Made by a program: the position numbers and the translations under genes
Notes under the pieces: generated by a model
Database searches by the model: none
Told to the model about the DNA's origin: nothing
Seen by the model: only the letters and a program-made list of their open reading frames with translations
Assembly (NCBI GenBank): GCA_963663965.2
Contig: CAXXFK010000033.1
Coordinates: 160,001-224,000, forward strand
Reading direction: 5' to 3'
DNA from: Sedimentisphaerales bacterium
GTDB lineage: Bacteria; Planctomycetota; Phycisphaerae; Sedimentisphaerales; SM23-30
Length of the DNA: 64,000 bases
Shown here: positions 1-10,000 of the stretch, piece by piece
Position numbering within the stretch: the first letter of the stretch is position 1
Layout of the letters: each line of letters opens with the position of its first letter

Positions 1-1
1 T

Positions 2-1382
2 AGTTTTAAGCGTGAAGTGCAACCGGTATTGGATAAATATTGTGTCGGATGTCATGATGGTTCTGATCCGGAATTGCCTGATCTGGCCCGGAAAGATAAA
101 AATGGCTGGGGCAATTTTACGCCATCGTATCTGGAGTTGCATCGCTGGGTGCGGCGGCCCGGTCCGGAAAGCGATTATCATTTGGAACAGCCAATGGAAT
201 ATCATGCTTCCACCAGTGAACTGGTCCAGATGCTGGAGAAGGGGCATCATGGTGTGAGCCTGGATCGGGAGGCCTGGGACCGCCTGTTTACCTGGATCGA
301 CTTAAATGTTCCTGACCATGGTTCCTGGAAAGAGCATCATCGTATTGCCTCAAACTTTGAGCAGAGACGACTGGAAACAGATTGTCAATATTCCGGCTAT
401 TCAGACGATATGGAAGATGAAAGTACCGGATATGGTCCTCAAGTGGCTTATGTTGAGCCGGAAGAGCCCGACTGGCCAGAGGATATAACCCTGCCGGGAT
501 GGCCGGTTATGAATGATCAGGCTCAAAAAATGCAACAACAGGCTGCCCGGGATATTCGTAAAACAGTGGATCTGGGCGAGGGAATCAAACTCGAACTGGC
601 CTTGATTCCGGCAGGGACCATGATTATGGGAAGTACCAATGGGTATCGGGACGAACTGCCTCGCAAGGTGGTTGTGATCGAACAACCGTTCTGGATGGCA
701 GTTTACGAGACTACCAATGAACAGTTCAAACGTTTTGATCCGGATCATTTCAACGGTTATGTCAATCAGCAACATAAAGATCATACGACTCCGGGCTATC
801 CGATGGGTGATCCGCAATTTCCCGTTGTGCGGGTGTCGCAACAACATGCCATGGATTATTGCCGCTGGCTGAGTGAAAAAACCGGTCTGAAATTCTCATT
901 ACCCAGTGAAAAGCAGTGGGAATGGGCATGTCGGGCGGGTACGGATACTGAGTATAGTTATGGTAACGATGCCGCTCATGCGACCTATGCCAATCTGGCA
1001 GACCATTCTATCCAATTGCTGGCAGTTACGGGTGTGAATCCCAGTCCCATAGCCAATCCCAATCGCTATGAAGACTGGTTGCCCAAAATCGATGCAATCG
1101 ACGACGGTCAGAAAATAATCTGTGCGGTCGGGCAGTATCAGCCTGAATCGTTGGGGGGTGTACGATATGCACGGAAATATTTGGGAGTGGACAAGCAGCC
1201 AATACTGGGCGGATGACGCTCGAGTGACTGCCCGGGGTGGTTCCTGGTATGACCGGCCCAAACGCGCCCGTTCTTCCGTTAGAATACCCTATGAATCATG
1301 GCAAAAGGTATTCAATACCGGTTTTCGGGTCATTTGTGAATTTCAAACCCAGAACCAGGATGTTAAAATCGCGGAAAAGTAA
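2..1382 (+). CDS. 5'-truncated protein with a CxxCH heme motif and a C-terminal FGE-sulfatase (SUMF1) domain; +1 frameshift near 1144
   Basis: The frame is open from the window edge and contains CVGCH. SUMF1 motifs: IPAGTMIMGS, PVVRVS, LPSEKQWEWACRAG. The motif NRWGVYDMHGNIWEW...RGGSW...NTGFRV continues in ORF 1122..1382 after one extra base. Confidence 0.8.
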
Positions 1383-1535
1383 CTCGATTAAGCATAGATC
1401 TGGCGTTACAATAGAGTTCACCTGAAGAAACAGACCAGATAAAAGAATCTTTGAAGATCAATGTATCCGGAATTATTATTGATGTATTATCAAATAGAGG
1501 ATGTCGTCATAAGATAGCACTCGATAGGTGGTATT

Positions 1536-2455
1536 ATGAAAAAAAATATTCATCATGCTAAGTTTGGTGATAGCCCTTGCAGGGCTGGGTTGTAAGGAGA
1601 AAGCGCCCTCCGGAAACTCGCCGGTTTCTGAATCCGGGCCGGGGGATGTTGGACGCTGGTCACTCCATTTGGTTAATGAGATCAACGCAGATTTTAAAGT
1701 GCCGGAATCTGTCGTTGTATTGCCTGATTCTGATGCTATATTCATCTCGAATGTCCAGACCGACAATGAAGGCTATTGGGAAAAAGATAGTACCGGATTC
1801 ATTACCCGGGCCCAAACGGATGGGACCATCACCGCATTACGCTGGATCGATAGTTCGCCAGAATTTTTGCTCCACGGTCCCAAAGGGCTGGCAATTATGT
1901 CATGGCAAGCTGTATTTCAGTGATCAAACGGAATTGAAACGGTGCGATATCGAGACCGGGGATAATCTGGAATCGGTTGTGGCAATCAGTGGTCAACAAC
2001 TCAACGACGTCGCGACCGATGGCCAATCGATTTTTGTGACGGATATGGGAACCGGTTCAATTATGCAATTAATGCCGGATGGTCAGGTTAAAACCCTGAA
2101 AGGTCCCGATCATGTCAACGGGGTTACTGTCTGGCAGGGTAACATCTTTGCGGTCAGTTGGGGCAGTCATGACTTATATGAAGTCGATCCTGCGGGCAAA
2201 GACCCGGCCGTTCCGTTTGGTCTGTCGGGCCATTTTACCACTCTGGATGGCATTGAAATACTTTCTGATGGCACCTTTATCGTTTCAGATTTTCAAGGTA
2301 ATAAAGTCTGTGCGGTGACACCAGACCGCAAGGAAGTTTATACCCTGGCCGAACTGGAGAGTCCGGCGGATATCGGCATTGATCGTGAAAAGGGATTATT
2401 GTTTGTACCGCAATTTATGCGAGACAAAATAAAAGTATATCAGATAAAAAAATAG
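1536..2455 (+). CDS. SMP-30/gluconolactonase-like beta-propeller lipoprotein; apparent +1 frameshifts at the A8 run 1539-1546 and near 1897
   Basis: Lipobox-like LAGLGC, then PESV, GPKGLAI|CHGKLYFSD, LNDVA, NGV, LDGIE, SPADIG, split across ORFs 1555..1923 and 1577..2455. Confidence 0.7.
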
Positions 2456-2523
2456 TAATGTAATCACGTATTTTCTGGCAGAATATAAACCCATTGTATA
2501 GTGTATTAATTCAGGAGATTATT

Positions 2524-3297
2524 ATGAAGCGGAGAGATTTTCTTATCAGTTCGTGCCTGACTGGCGGGGTCGCATTAGCGGCTTCAGCCGCTGAAAATGA
2601 GTCTGCGGCCAAACAGTTTATCGAATTACGGCGCTATCAGTTGGCGTCTATGGAGAAGCGTGAGGCGCTCACTGCCTTCTTGCGGGATGCCGCCGTTCCA
2701 GCCTGGAATCGATTGGGCATTAAACCAGTGGGTATTTTTCAGATGCTGAACGATGAGTCACCTGAAATTTTTGTCCTGTTGCCGCATAATACCTGGGAAA
2801 GTCTTACCTCAGCCAATGCCCGTCTGATGGCAGATAAAACATTTGTCGCCGCCGGCAAGGCTTCACTGGAGTCACCGAAAGAGGATCCCCTTTATCAACG
2901 CTATACCAGTTCCCTGTTACAGGGATTTGATCGCTGTCCCCGACTGGAGAAGGCGGCTATTGGCAATAGTCGTGAATTTCAGCTGAGAATTTATGAAAGT
3001 CACAACCTGCTCATGGCGCGCAGGAAAATCGAAATGTTTAATAAAGGGGGTGAAATCGATATTTTCCGCCGGACCGGCCTGAATCCTGTTTTTTTTGGAG
3101 AGGCTCTGGTTGGCGATAAATTGCCCAACTTGACTTATATGCTCAGTTTTGAAAATGAGCAGGCTCGTAAAGATGCCTGGAAAAACTTTATCGACCATTC
3201 CGACTGGAAAAAACTCAGTGGCGATCCCTATTATAAAGACACGGTCTCCAATATCACCAATCTACTTCTAAAACCTGCCGTGGGCTCCCAACTGTAA
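2524..3297 (+). CDS. NIPSNAP family protein with Tat signal
   Basis: MKRRDFL twin-arginine signal; repeated ELRRY/QLRIYES motifs; PNLTYML; AGGAG RBS. Confidence 0.85.
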   Translation: MKRRDFLISSCLTGGVALAASAAENESAAKQFIELRRYQLASMEKREALTAFLRDAAVPAWNRLGIKPVGIFQMLNDESPEIFVLLPHNTWESLTSANARLMADKTFVAAGKASLESPKEDPLYQRYTSSLLQGFDRCPRLEKAAIGNSREFQLRIYESHNLLMARRKIEMFNKGGEIDIFRRTGLNPVFFGEALVGDKLPNLTYMLSFENEQARKDAWKNFIDHSDWKKLSGDPYYKDTVSNITNLLLKPAVGSQL

Positions 3298-3367
3298 GCG
3301 TCTTCCAGCGCGGTTCCCTCCAATTTTATCAAGACTATCATTTCAAGCTGAGTTTCCAGTCAGGGAC

Positions 3368-4042
3368 TCAGCTTGAAAAAATTTCAATCTCGATATCATG
3401 GTCAAATGATTCCAGCGGACACCCCTGGCATTTGGGCTTTGGTTTACAAAAATCCTTACCAACCCTGACCAGCAGGGCATGGCATTCATTATAATCGGCC
3501 ACTTCCGCCGGGATACACCCTTCACAGTACGATTTAAGTTCTTCATAATCCACATCGGGATAAATACAATGGTGTCGAGCCAGGATGCGAAATGTATACG
3601 CGTCAACGACAAAACTCAATTTGTTCAAAGCATATAAAATAATGGAGTCGGCAGTTTCCCGACCGATACCATTGACGGACAGCAGTTCTTCGCGAAGGCC
3701 GTCTACGGACATTGCTGTTAAATTGTCGATCCGGCCCTGGTAATTTTCTAGAAACCAATGGATCAGATTTTTTAGTCTTTTGGCTTTGATATTGAAATAG
3801 CCTGCGGGCCGGATCCGTTCAGCCAGTTCATCATGAGTCAGGTTATTGATTGCCTGGGGGGTTAGCCCGCCCGCCTTTTTCAGGTTAGCGATGGCTCGTT
3901 CCACATTCTGCCAGTTGGTATTCTGGGTAAGAACGCCTCCAACCATAATTTCAAAGGGTGAATCGCCGGGCCACCAGTGTTGCGGGCCATACTGATGTAA
4001 TAAAGTTCGGTAAATATCGAGCAGCGATACGGATGTACTCAT
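3368..4042 (-). CDS. HhH-GPD endonuclease III-like DNA glycosylase
   Basis: WWPGDSPFEIMVGGVLTQNTNW; HhH motif GIGRETAD; VVDAYT; C-terminal CKPKPKCQGCPL. Confidence 0.85.
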   Translation of the reverse strand: MSTSVSLLDIYRTLLHQYGPQHWWPGDSPFEIMVGGVLTQNTNWQNVERAIANLKKAGGLTPQAINNLTHDELAERIRPAGYFNIKAKRLKNLIHWFLENYQGRIDNLTAMSVDGLREELLSVNGIGRETADSIILYALNKLSFVVDAYTFRILARHHCIYPDVDYEELKSYCEGCIPAEVADYNECHALLVRVGKDFCKPKPKCQGCPLESFDHDIEIEIFSS

Positions 4043-4044
4043 AA

Positions 4045-5784
4045 TTATAATTCCAGTTCCTTCCGGATGATATTTAACGCGGGTTCTATGGCTGTTGCGG
4101 AAAAATCGAAATTGATCCCGGCAGTTTCGAATAATTGCGGTAAAGGCACGCTACTGCCCAATGCCAAAGCGTTTTTGAAGCATGACAGGGTGGCCAGTTC
4201 ATTGTCAAGCGATTGTTTCCAGATTCCCAGAGCGCCCAGCTGTGCGATGCCATATTCGATATAATAAAAAGGGTATAAAAAGATATGGAGCTGCTGATGC
4301 CATAATTCACGCTGGACATGTTCCAATCCAGACCAGTCCACCTCATGGCTGATATAGTTTCGGTGCAATGTCATCCAGGCTTCGGTACGTTGATCTGATG
4401 TGGCATTTTCATCTTCATACAACCAGTGTTGAAAGGCATCCACGGTAGCAATCCAGCAGAGAATCTGGACAATCTGCTCCAATTGCTTGCGGTAATAACG
4501 TTTAAGATCTTCCGGTGTGTAGAACTCGTTCAGATACTTGCGCCCCAGCAATTCCATGGTCATGGAAGCGACTTCACAAAACTCCATTGGGGCATGACGA
4601 TAGGGAAGCAGCCGCTGATCACGGCAGGCCAGGGCGTGAAATGCATGTCCGGATTCATGCAGCAGTACTATCAGATCGCGATCCGTACCGACAGCATTCA
4701 TAAAAATGAAGGGTTTGCGTGCTTCAGTAAGTGAACATTGATACCCGCCTGGGGCTTTTCCTGGACGGGATTCCAGATCCAGTAATCCCTCTCTGGTCAT
4801 TAAATCGAAATAAGAGGCCAGTTCTTCATCCATTCGCTGGAATATCGCACCGGTCCCGCGGATGAGCTGGTCTGCCGATTCAAACGGCTTAAGCGCCGGC
4901 TTCCCTGAAGGATTGGTATCAAGGTCCCAGGGTCGCAGTGAGTCCTGTTTCATTTTTGATCGGCGGCGAATAAGTATGTCGCGATAAAGTGGCACGGCAA
5001 ATTTTTGGATGGCTTTATGAAACTGTTTACAATCATCCGCCGTATAATCAAACCGATGATATTCTTTGAATTTATATTCACGATAGTTATGAAATCCGAG
5101 ATTGCGGGCGATATCAATTCGCAGCGAACGGAGCCGGTCGAACAACGTTTCCAGGGTATCTCCCTCTTTTAATCGTCGTTCGGCTTGTGCCTGCCAGGCA
5201 TTCTGACGCAGAGCGCGATCCGGGTCCTGTAAAAAAGTCGCCATTTGCGCCATGGTATATTCCTGTTCGTTAAACGTTACAGTCATTGCCCCCTGTATGG
5301 ATTGATACTCTTGTTTAAGCAACGCTTCCTGCTTAAGAAGCGGGATGTTTTCTTCGGAAAACAGTTCCGCATCAGCCTTTAAATTACGCAAATAAACCTG
5401 AAAATAATCATGGTCCGGCGGGAATCTGGTAAGCGCCTCCAGCGTTTTCCGGTTTAATTGATCCTCTAATGGCCTGACGGCCGGTTCGATGGTAGAAATA
5501 AAGGTTCGATAGGAATTGGCGTTTTCGGTATTATCCGTCTGGCTGGTCATGCCGATGTATAAGAGCGATTGCTGCTGGTCCAGGGCAGCATCGAGTTCGC
5601 ACCGGTCATCCAGGAAACGATTTAACGCCTCCAGATTATCCAATGGGCGTTCCAATAACGCTTGATACAGGACCTCAACCGTAGGCAGGTTGCGTAAATC
5701 CGCGTTTTGGGGGACAAATTGCCGGGGCTGATAGGGCTGGGCGATATCAGACGATGTCAGAGATCGGATCGGATAGGAACTCAT
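4045..5784 (-). CDS. M3 family oligoendopeptidase F
   Basis: GKAPGGY; HESGHAFH zinc motif; EVASMTME; HIFLYPFYYIEY. Confidence 0.9.
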   Translation of the reverse strand: MSSYPIRSLTSSDIAQPYQPRQFVPQNADLRNLPTVEVLYQALLERPLDNLEALNRFLDDRCELDAALDQQQSLLYIGMTSQTDNTENANSYRTFISTIEPAVRPLEDQLNRKTLEALTRFPPDHDYFQVYLRNLKADAELFSEENIPLLKQEALLKQEYQSIQGAMTVTFNEQEYTMAQMATFLQDPDRALRQNAWQAQAERRLKEGDTLETLFDRLRSLRIDIARNLGFHNYREYKFKEYHRFDYTADDCKQFHKAIQKFAVPLYRDILIRRRSKMKQDSLRPWDLDTNPSGKPALKPFESADQLIRGTGAIFQRMDEELASYFDLMTREGLLDLESRPGKAPGGYQCSLTEARKPFIFMNAVGTDRDLIVLLHESGHAFHALACRDQRLLPYRHAPMEFCEVASMTMELLGRKYLNEFYTPEDLKRYYRKQLEQIVQILCWIATVDAFQHWLYEDENATSDQRTEAWMTLHRNYISHEVDWSGLEHVQRELWHQQLHIFLYPFYYIEYGIAQLGALGIWKQSLDNELATLSCFKNALALGSSVPLPQLFETAGINFDFSATAIEPALNIIRKELEL

Positions 5785-5924
5785 AGAAAAATCTTTCGTA
5801 GAGGAGTAGGAACTGCCACTTGCAAATTATTGGAATTCCTGTTATCTTTTTGACATAGTTTAACAGGCCGGTATGAGAATGCAAGTGTCTAAAACCGGCT
5901 GAAATCGATAGATATGAAAATATA

Positions 5925-6743
5925 ATGGCTCAGACAACCAGTAAAAACTCCAAAACCCAAAGCAATAATTCCGATTCCGCCCATATCGGGCAGTCTAATT
6001 ATGGCAAAGCGACAGCACGTCCCCTGCACACCCTGGCTTTTTTGCTGCCATTGATTCTGATTTATGAGATTGGAATCCTGACGGTTGACAGTATAGTACA
6101 AAGCCAGACTCGAATTGTGGCCTTTACCTGGTTGCAGGGGCTGGCTCAGATGATCGGGATGGATGAATCCCTGGCGTGGGCATTTCCAGGATTTGTCGTC
6201 GTAATTGTTCTGCTCTGCTGGCACATGGCCAGTGAATTTCCCTGGCGAATCAAATTCGAGTGGGTTCTGGGAATGTATCTGGAATCCGCCTTATGGAGTC
6301 TGCCGATATTCGGAATCAATCTACTGCTGGGGTCGAGTCGATTTTACGCAGCCAGCGCGACAACGACTGCCATTGACTCTTATATGGCCCGTGTGGTCAC
6401 CAGTATCGGGGCCGGAATCTATGAAGAACTGGTTTTCCGGCTGATATTGATGGGGCTGCTATTGATGCTGTTCGAGGATGTTTTTCGGTTGAAAAAACCG
6501 GTTGCCGGACAGATTGCCGTCTGGACATCGGCTATTTTATTCGCCGCTCATCATTATATTGGATTCCATGACGGCCACTGGCTTGTGCTGGAATATCATA
6601 CTATTAAGTCATTTTTAATGAGTTTCCTGTTCCGGACCTTCTCCGGTATCTATTTTGCCTTCCTTTTCCGCCGACGTGGTTATGGCATTATTGCCGGAAC
6701 TCATGCGGCTTATAACATCATCTTATATTCCACGATCAGTTGA
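5925..6743 (+). CDS. CPBP (CAAX/Abi) family intramembrane glutamic endopeptidase
   Basis: Multiple TM helices; EELVFR, FAAHH and HAAYN motifs. Confidence 0.85.
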   Translation: MAQTTSKNSKTQSNNSDSAHIGQSNYGKATARPLHTLAFLLPLILIYEIGILTVDSIVQSQTRIVAFTWLQGLAQMIGMDESLAWAFPGFVVVIVLLCWHMASEFPWRIKFEWVLGMYLESALWSLPIFGINLLLGSSRFYAASATTTAIDSYMARVVTSIGAGIYEELVFRLILMGLLLMLFEDVFRLKKPVAGQIAVWTSAILFAAHHYIGFHDGHWLVLEYHTIKSFLMSFLFRTFSGIYFAFLFRRRGYGIIAGTHAAYNIILYSTIS

Positions 6744-8584
6744 TGACATTCCTTTATCGAAAGCGTAGCAATTTCATGATCCATAGTTATGACGGACTGT
6801 TTTTACCGGTATTTCGAGCCCGCCATTTTCAAACCGATGGAAGGGTAGAAAATATTATTGAAGCATTAAATGTGATCGGCCAGGAATGGGTTGGGTTGTG
6901 TCTGGCGCAAGGATATGTTGGCGAATATACCCGGCCGATTGAGTACTGGAAACCGTTGGTTGATCTGGCCGGGCGTGCGATACGGCGATTGAAGCGCCGG
7001 GAGGTTTATTGCGATTTAGTCATCCCGGGAGCCGTCTTATTGCAGCATATTCCAGGCAAGGTAAAAAGTTTTGTCGATACGATTTATCAATCAGCGGCCT
7101 CTACCGGAGTGGATACGATCTGGGTAGATGATTCACAAGTTGATGGCTGTTACAGCCGATCCCAGTTAAGGGATTTTTATCGTCAAATTTTAAATACGGT
7201 GACTCGATGCGGCAAAGAGGTACGTCTGGGATTGATTGCCAGATCTTCCGGTTTCTATAGTCAAGCCGGTTTAACTCAATATGAAGTTGCCGATATCCTG
7301 GCGGGTGACTATTTGCCATTATTGGGTTTGGGGGAGACAGGTTGTCACGATTATGATCGAACAGCCATACTCAAATCGGCCCAATATCTGGCTGAAAGTC
7401 ATTCGAAACTACCGGCAGAGAAAGATTATGAAACGGTTGGCATCGTATGGAATCAGAGTGAGGGAGGATTCCATAAAAGCGCTGAATCGATTCAAATGCA
7501 GACCAATCTGAATTGTCTGTATGGAGTGAAAGGGGGATTGTTCGATGTCTTTGATCGCATGGGGACCGCGCCCGGCAGTGATAATTTGTATCTGAAAATG
7601 ATCAGAAATAATACCAAACTCATCAATAAGCTGGCAAAATTAACCGGCCATCATTCCGAACCTATGGGTATTACTGTGGTTCAATCTGATGCGGATAATC
7701 ATTTGGCAACGGGCAGGTGGAGTGAAATGCTCTGGCGTATGGGGATGCCGGTTCGATTTATACAGGTCTCAGATCTCAAGCCGGATTTAATGCCCGACTC
7801 GGTTTATATCCTAACCGGTTCAATACCCGATCGACTTTCATCCAGTCAACTGGAATCCGTCTTTCATCATGGTGTTCTGCTGGATGCAGGTGCGGCGGAA
7901 AGTATTCAAAATACCCTTAAGCGTTCTGATTTGCTGGGTATTCATGTTGAGGGCAGAATTCCAACGGTTGCGACAGAGATATTAAGCGATCACGGCTTTG
8001 CCACGGTGCATTATGGTTATGAATCGTTGTATTATGGACTGGTTGAACAGTCAGCATTTAAAAAACTGACATTAGCGCATGAACGGGCCCGGGCGATTAC
8101 GGCATTGGTCTTAAAGGATCAAACTCCAAACGCTACGGGTATGGTTTTATTCGACAATATCGAAAAACGACAGCGTTGTGCCGTTATACCCTGGTCGCTT
8201 ACGGAGAATTTATCCCGTCAAATATTAACAGTACCCAGGCAGCGGCATATTCGAGAGATATTAGCCTGGCTGTATCGGGCGAAATTGCCTTGTATGGTTG
8301 AAAATACCCCGGATCTGATACCGTTCTGGGTGCGTGTGACGGGCAAAAAACGTCTGTTATTGGGTTTATTGAATATTAGTTTTGATTGGGCCATCCAGTC
8401 TCGGATTCGCCTGAATAGAATTCCGTTTAAAGTAAAACGGGTCCGTCATTTGACTGATTCCGGGCGGCTAGAGGAACTGCCTGGTCTGTCTTTGCAACAG
8501 AAACTGGATTATCAATATATCCAATTGCAGGAAGATACGGCTGTAGCGCCTATGCAGATGACTATTCTGGTTGTGGAAGGCTAA
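6743..8584 (+). CDS. Hypothetical protein, possibly a divergent glycoside-hydrolase barrel plus trimerisation-like domain
   Basis: 614-aa ORF overlapping the upstream stop; only weak cues (IWVDD, VYILTG...GVLLD). Confidence 0.5.
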   Translation: MTFLYRKRSNFMIHSYDGLFLPVFRARHFQTDGRVENIIEALNVIGQEWVGLCLAQGYVGEYTRPIEYWKPLVDLAGRAIRRLKRREVYCDLVIPGAVLLQHIPGKVKSFVDTIYQSAASTGVDTIWVDDSQVDGCYSRSQLRDFYRQILNTVTRCGKEVRLGLIARSSGFYSQAGLTQYEVADILAGDYLPLLGLGETGCHDYDRTAILKSAQYLAESHSKLPAEKDYETVGIVWNQSEGGFHKSAESIQMQTNLNCLYGVKGGLFDVFDRMGTAPGSDNLYLKMIRNNTKLINKLAKLTGHHSEPMGITVVQSDADNHLATGRWSEMLWRMGMPVRFIQVSDLKPDLMPDSVYILTGSIPDRLSSSQLESVFHHGVLLDAGAAESIQNTLKRSDLLGIHVEGRIPTVATEILSDHGFATVHYGYESLYYGLVEQSAFKKLTLAHERARAITALVLKDQTPNATGMVLFDNIEKRQRCAVIPWSLTENLSRQILTVPRQRHIREILAWLYRAKLPCMVENTPDLIPFWVRVTGKKRLLLGLLNISFDWAIQSRIRLNRIPFKVKRVRHLTDSGRLEELPGLSLQQKLDYQYIQLQEDTAVAPMQMTILVVEG

Positions 8585-8586
8585 GA

Positions 8587-8615
8587 TTGACCTTGTGAGC
8601 TTTTTGCTATATAAT
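8587..8615 (+). promoter_or_regulatory. Sigma70-type promoter of thiC
   Basis: TTGACC-17 bp-TATAAT, ending 62 bp before the ATG at 8678. Confidence 0.65.
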
Positions 8616-8677
8616 CATATGCTTGACATGATAATATATAACATAACTTTATAATAAAAAAATACTTAAGGATAACA

Positions 8678-9979
8678 ATGACTCAATATCAACAGGCCAG
8701 ACAGGGTGTGATTACCGAACAGATGCATCAGGTGGCTCAAAAGGAGGGGGTTACGCCTGAATTAATCCGGGATGAACTGGCTGCCGGACGTTTGGTAATT
8801 CCCGCCAATATTAAACATTTGGAGTTTGCGCTGAAGCCGATAGGCATTGGCCGGGCCATCAGAACAAAAATTAACGCCAATATCGGGGCCAGTCCGCTGG
8901 ATTCAGATGATGCCGGCGAGTTACGCAAACTGGAAGTGGCGTTAAAATATGGCGCTGACGCCGTTATGGATCTTTCTACCGGCGGTGATGTGGATCGATG
9001 CCGGTGCAATTTGATCAAACATAGTACGGCGCCCATTGGTACAGTACCTATGTACGAAATGATTATTAATCGACCGGTTGAAGAATTGACATACGATATT
9101 ATTCTCAAAACCTGTGAAAAGCAGGCGCAACAGGGGGTGGATTTCTTTACGATCCATGCCGGACTACTGCGTGAGCATCTCCCGCTGGTTGAAAAGCGAT
9201 TGGCCGGTATTGTCAGCCGGGGGGGGTCGTTGATTGCCAAATGGATGAAATATCATAATAAACAGAATCCATTTTATGAGGTGTTCGATGAAATCAGTGC
9301 AATTATGCAGCAGTATGATGTCTGTTATTCGCTTGGTGATGGATTGAGGCCGGGATGTCTGGCGGACGCGACCGATGACGCGCAGATTGCTGAATTGCGT
9401 ACCCTGGGTGATCTGACCCGGCGCGGCTGGGCCAATGGGTGTCAGGTTATGGTGGAAGGGCCGGGCCATGTGCCATTTGATCAGATCGAAAAAAATATGA
9501 AGTTGCAGCAGGAAATCTGCGATGGCGCGCCGTTTTATGTGCTGGGACCGCTGGTTACGGATGTAGCGCCTGGATATGATCATATCACCAGTGCGATTGG
9601 CGCTACGGCGGCGGCATTTCATGGCGCATCGTTTTTGTGTTATGTGACGCCGCGCGAACATCTGGGTTTGCCGGATGAGGATGACGTCCGCCAGGGTGTA
9701 ATTGCCTATAAAATCGCGGCGCACGCGGCTGATGTTGCTCTTAATATCGGTAATGCCCGTCAATGGGATGATGATCTCAGTCGCGCGCGAGCCAATCTGG
9801 ACTGGAAACAACATCTGGCGCTGGCGATGGATCCGGAAACGGCCCGTAAAATGCATGATGAGAAGAAACTCGAAGATACTGACCATTGTACCATGTGTGG
9901 TAAAGAATGGTGCAGTGTTCGTATCAGTAAAGAACTAAAAGACGCCCGTAATTGTCCCGATTTGCTCACCAATCAGTAA
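8678..9979 (+). CDS. thiC: Phosphomethylpyrimidine synthase (short form)
   Basis: KINANIG, MDLSTG, GIVSRGGS, SLGDGLRPG, EGPGH, YDHITSAIG, CYVTPREHL, and the CTMCGKEWC Fe-S motif. Confidence 0.9.
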   Translation: MTQYQQARQGVITEQMHQVAQKEGVTPELIRDELAAGRLVIPANIKHLEFALKPIGIGRAIRTKINANIGASPLDSDDAGELRKLEVALKYGADAVMDLSTGGDVDRCRCNLIKHSTAPIGTVPMYEMIINRPVEELTYDIILKTCEKQAQQGVDFFTIHAGLLREHLPLVEKRLAGIVSRGGSLIAKWMKYHNKQNPFYEVFDEISAIMQQYDVCYSLGDGLRPGCLADATDDAQIAELRTLGDLTRRGWANGCQVMVEGPGHVPFDQIEKNMKLQQEICDGAPFYVLGPLVTDVAPGYDHITSAIGATAAAFHGASFLCYVTPREHLGLPDEDDVRQGVIAYKIAAHAADVALNIGNARQWDDDLSRARANLDWKQHLALAMDPETARKMHDEKKLEDTDHCTMCGKEWCSVRISKELKDARNCPDLLTNQ

Positions 9980-10000
9980 ATTATAAAATGAGATAGTCCC

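Noticed and set aside
1140..1900. Three +1 frameshifts (~1144, A8 at 1539-46, ~1897) as programmed frameshifting or true pseudogenes
   Set aside because: All are single extra bases in otherwise intact genes with no other decay, so sequencing or assembly error is more likely. Needs a read check.
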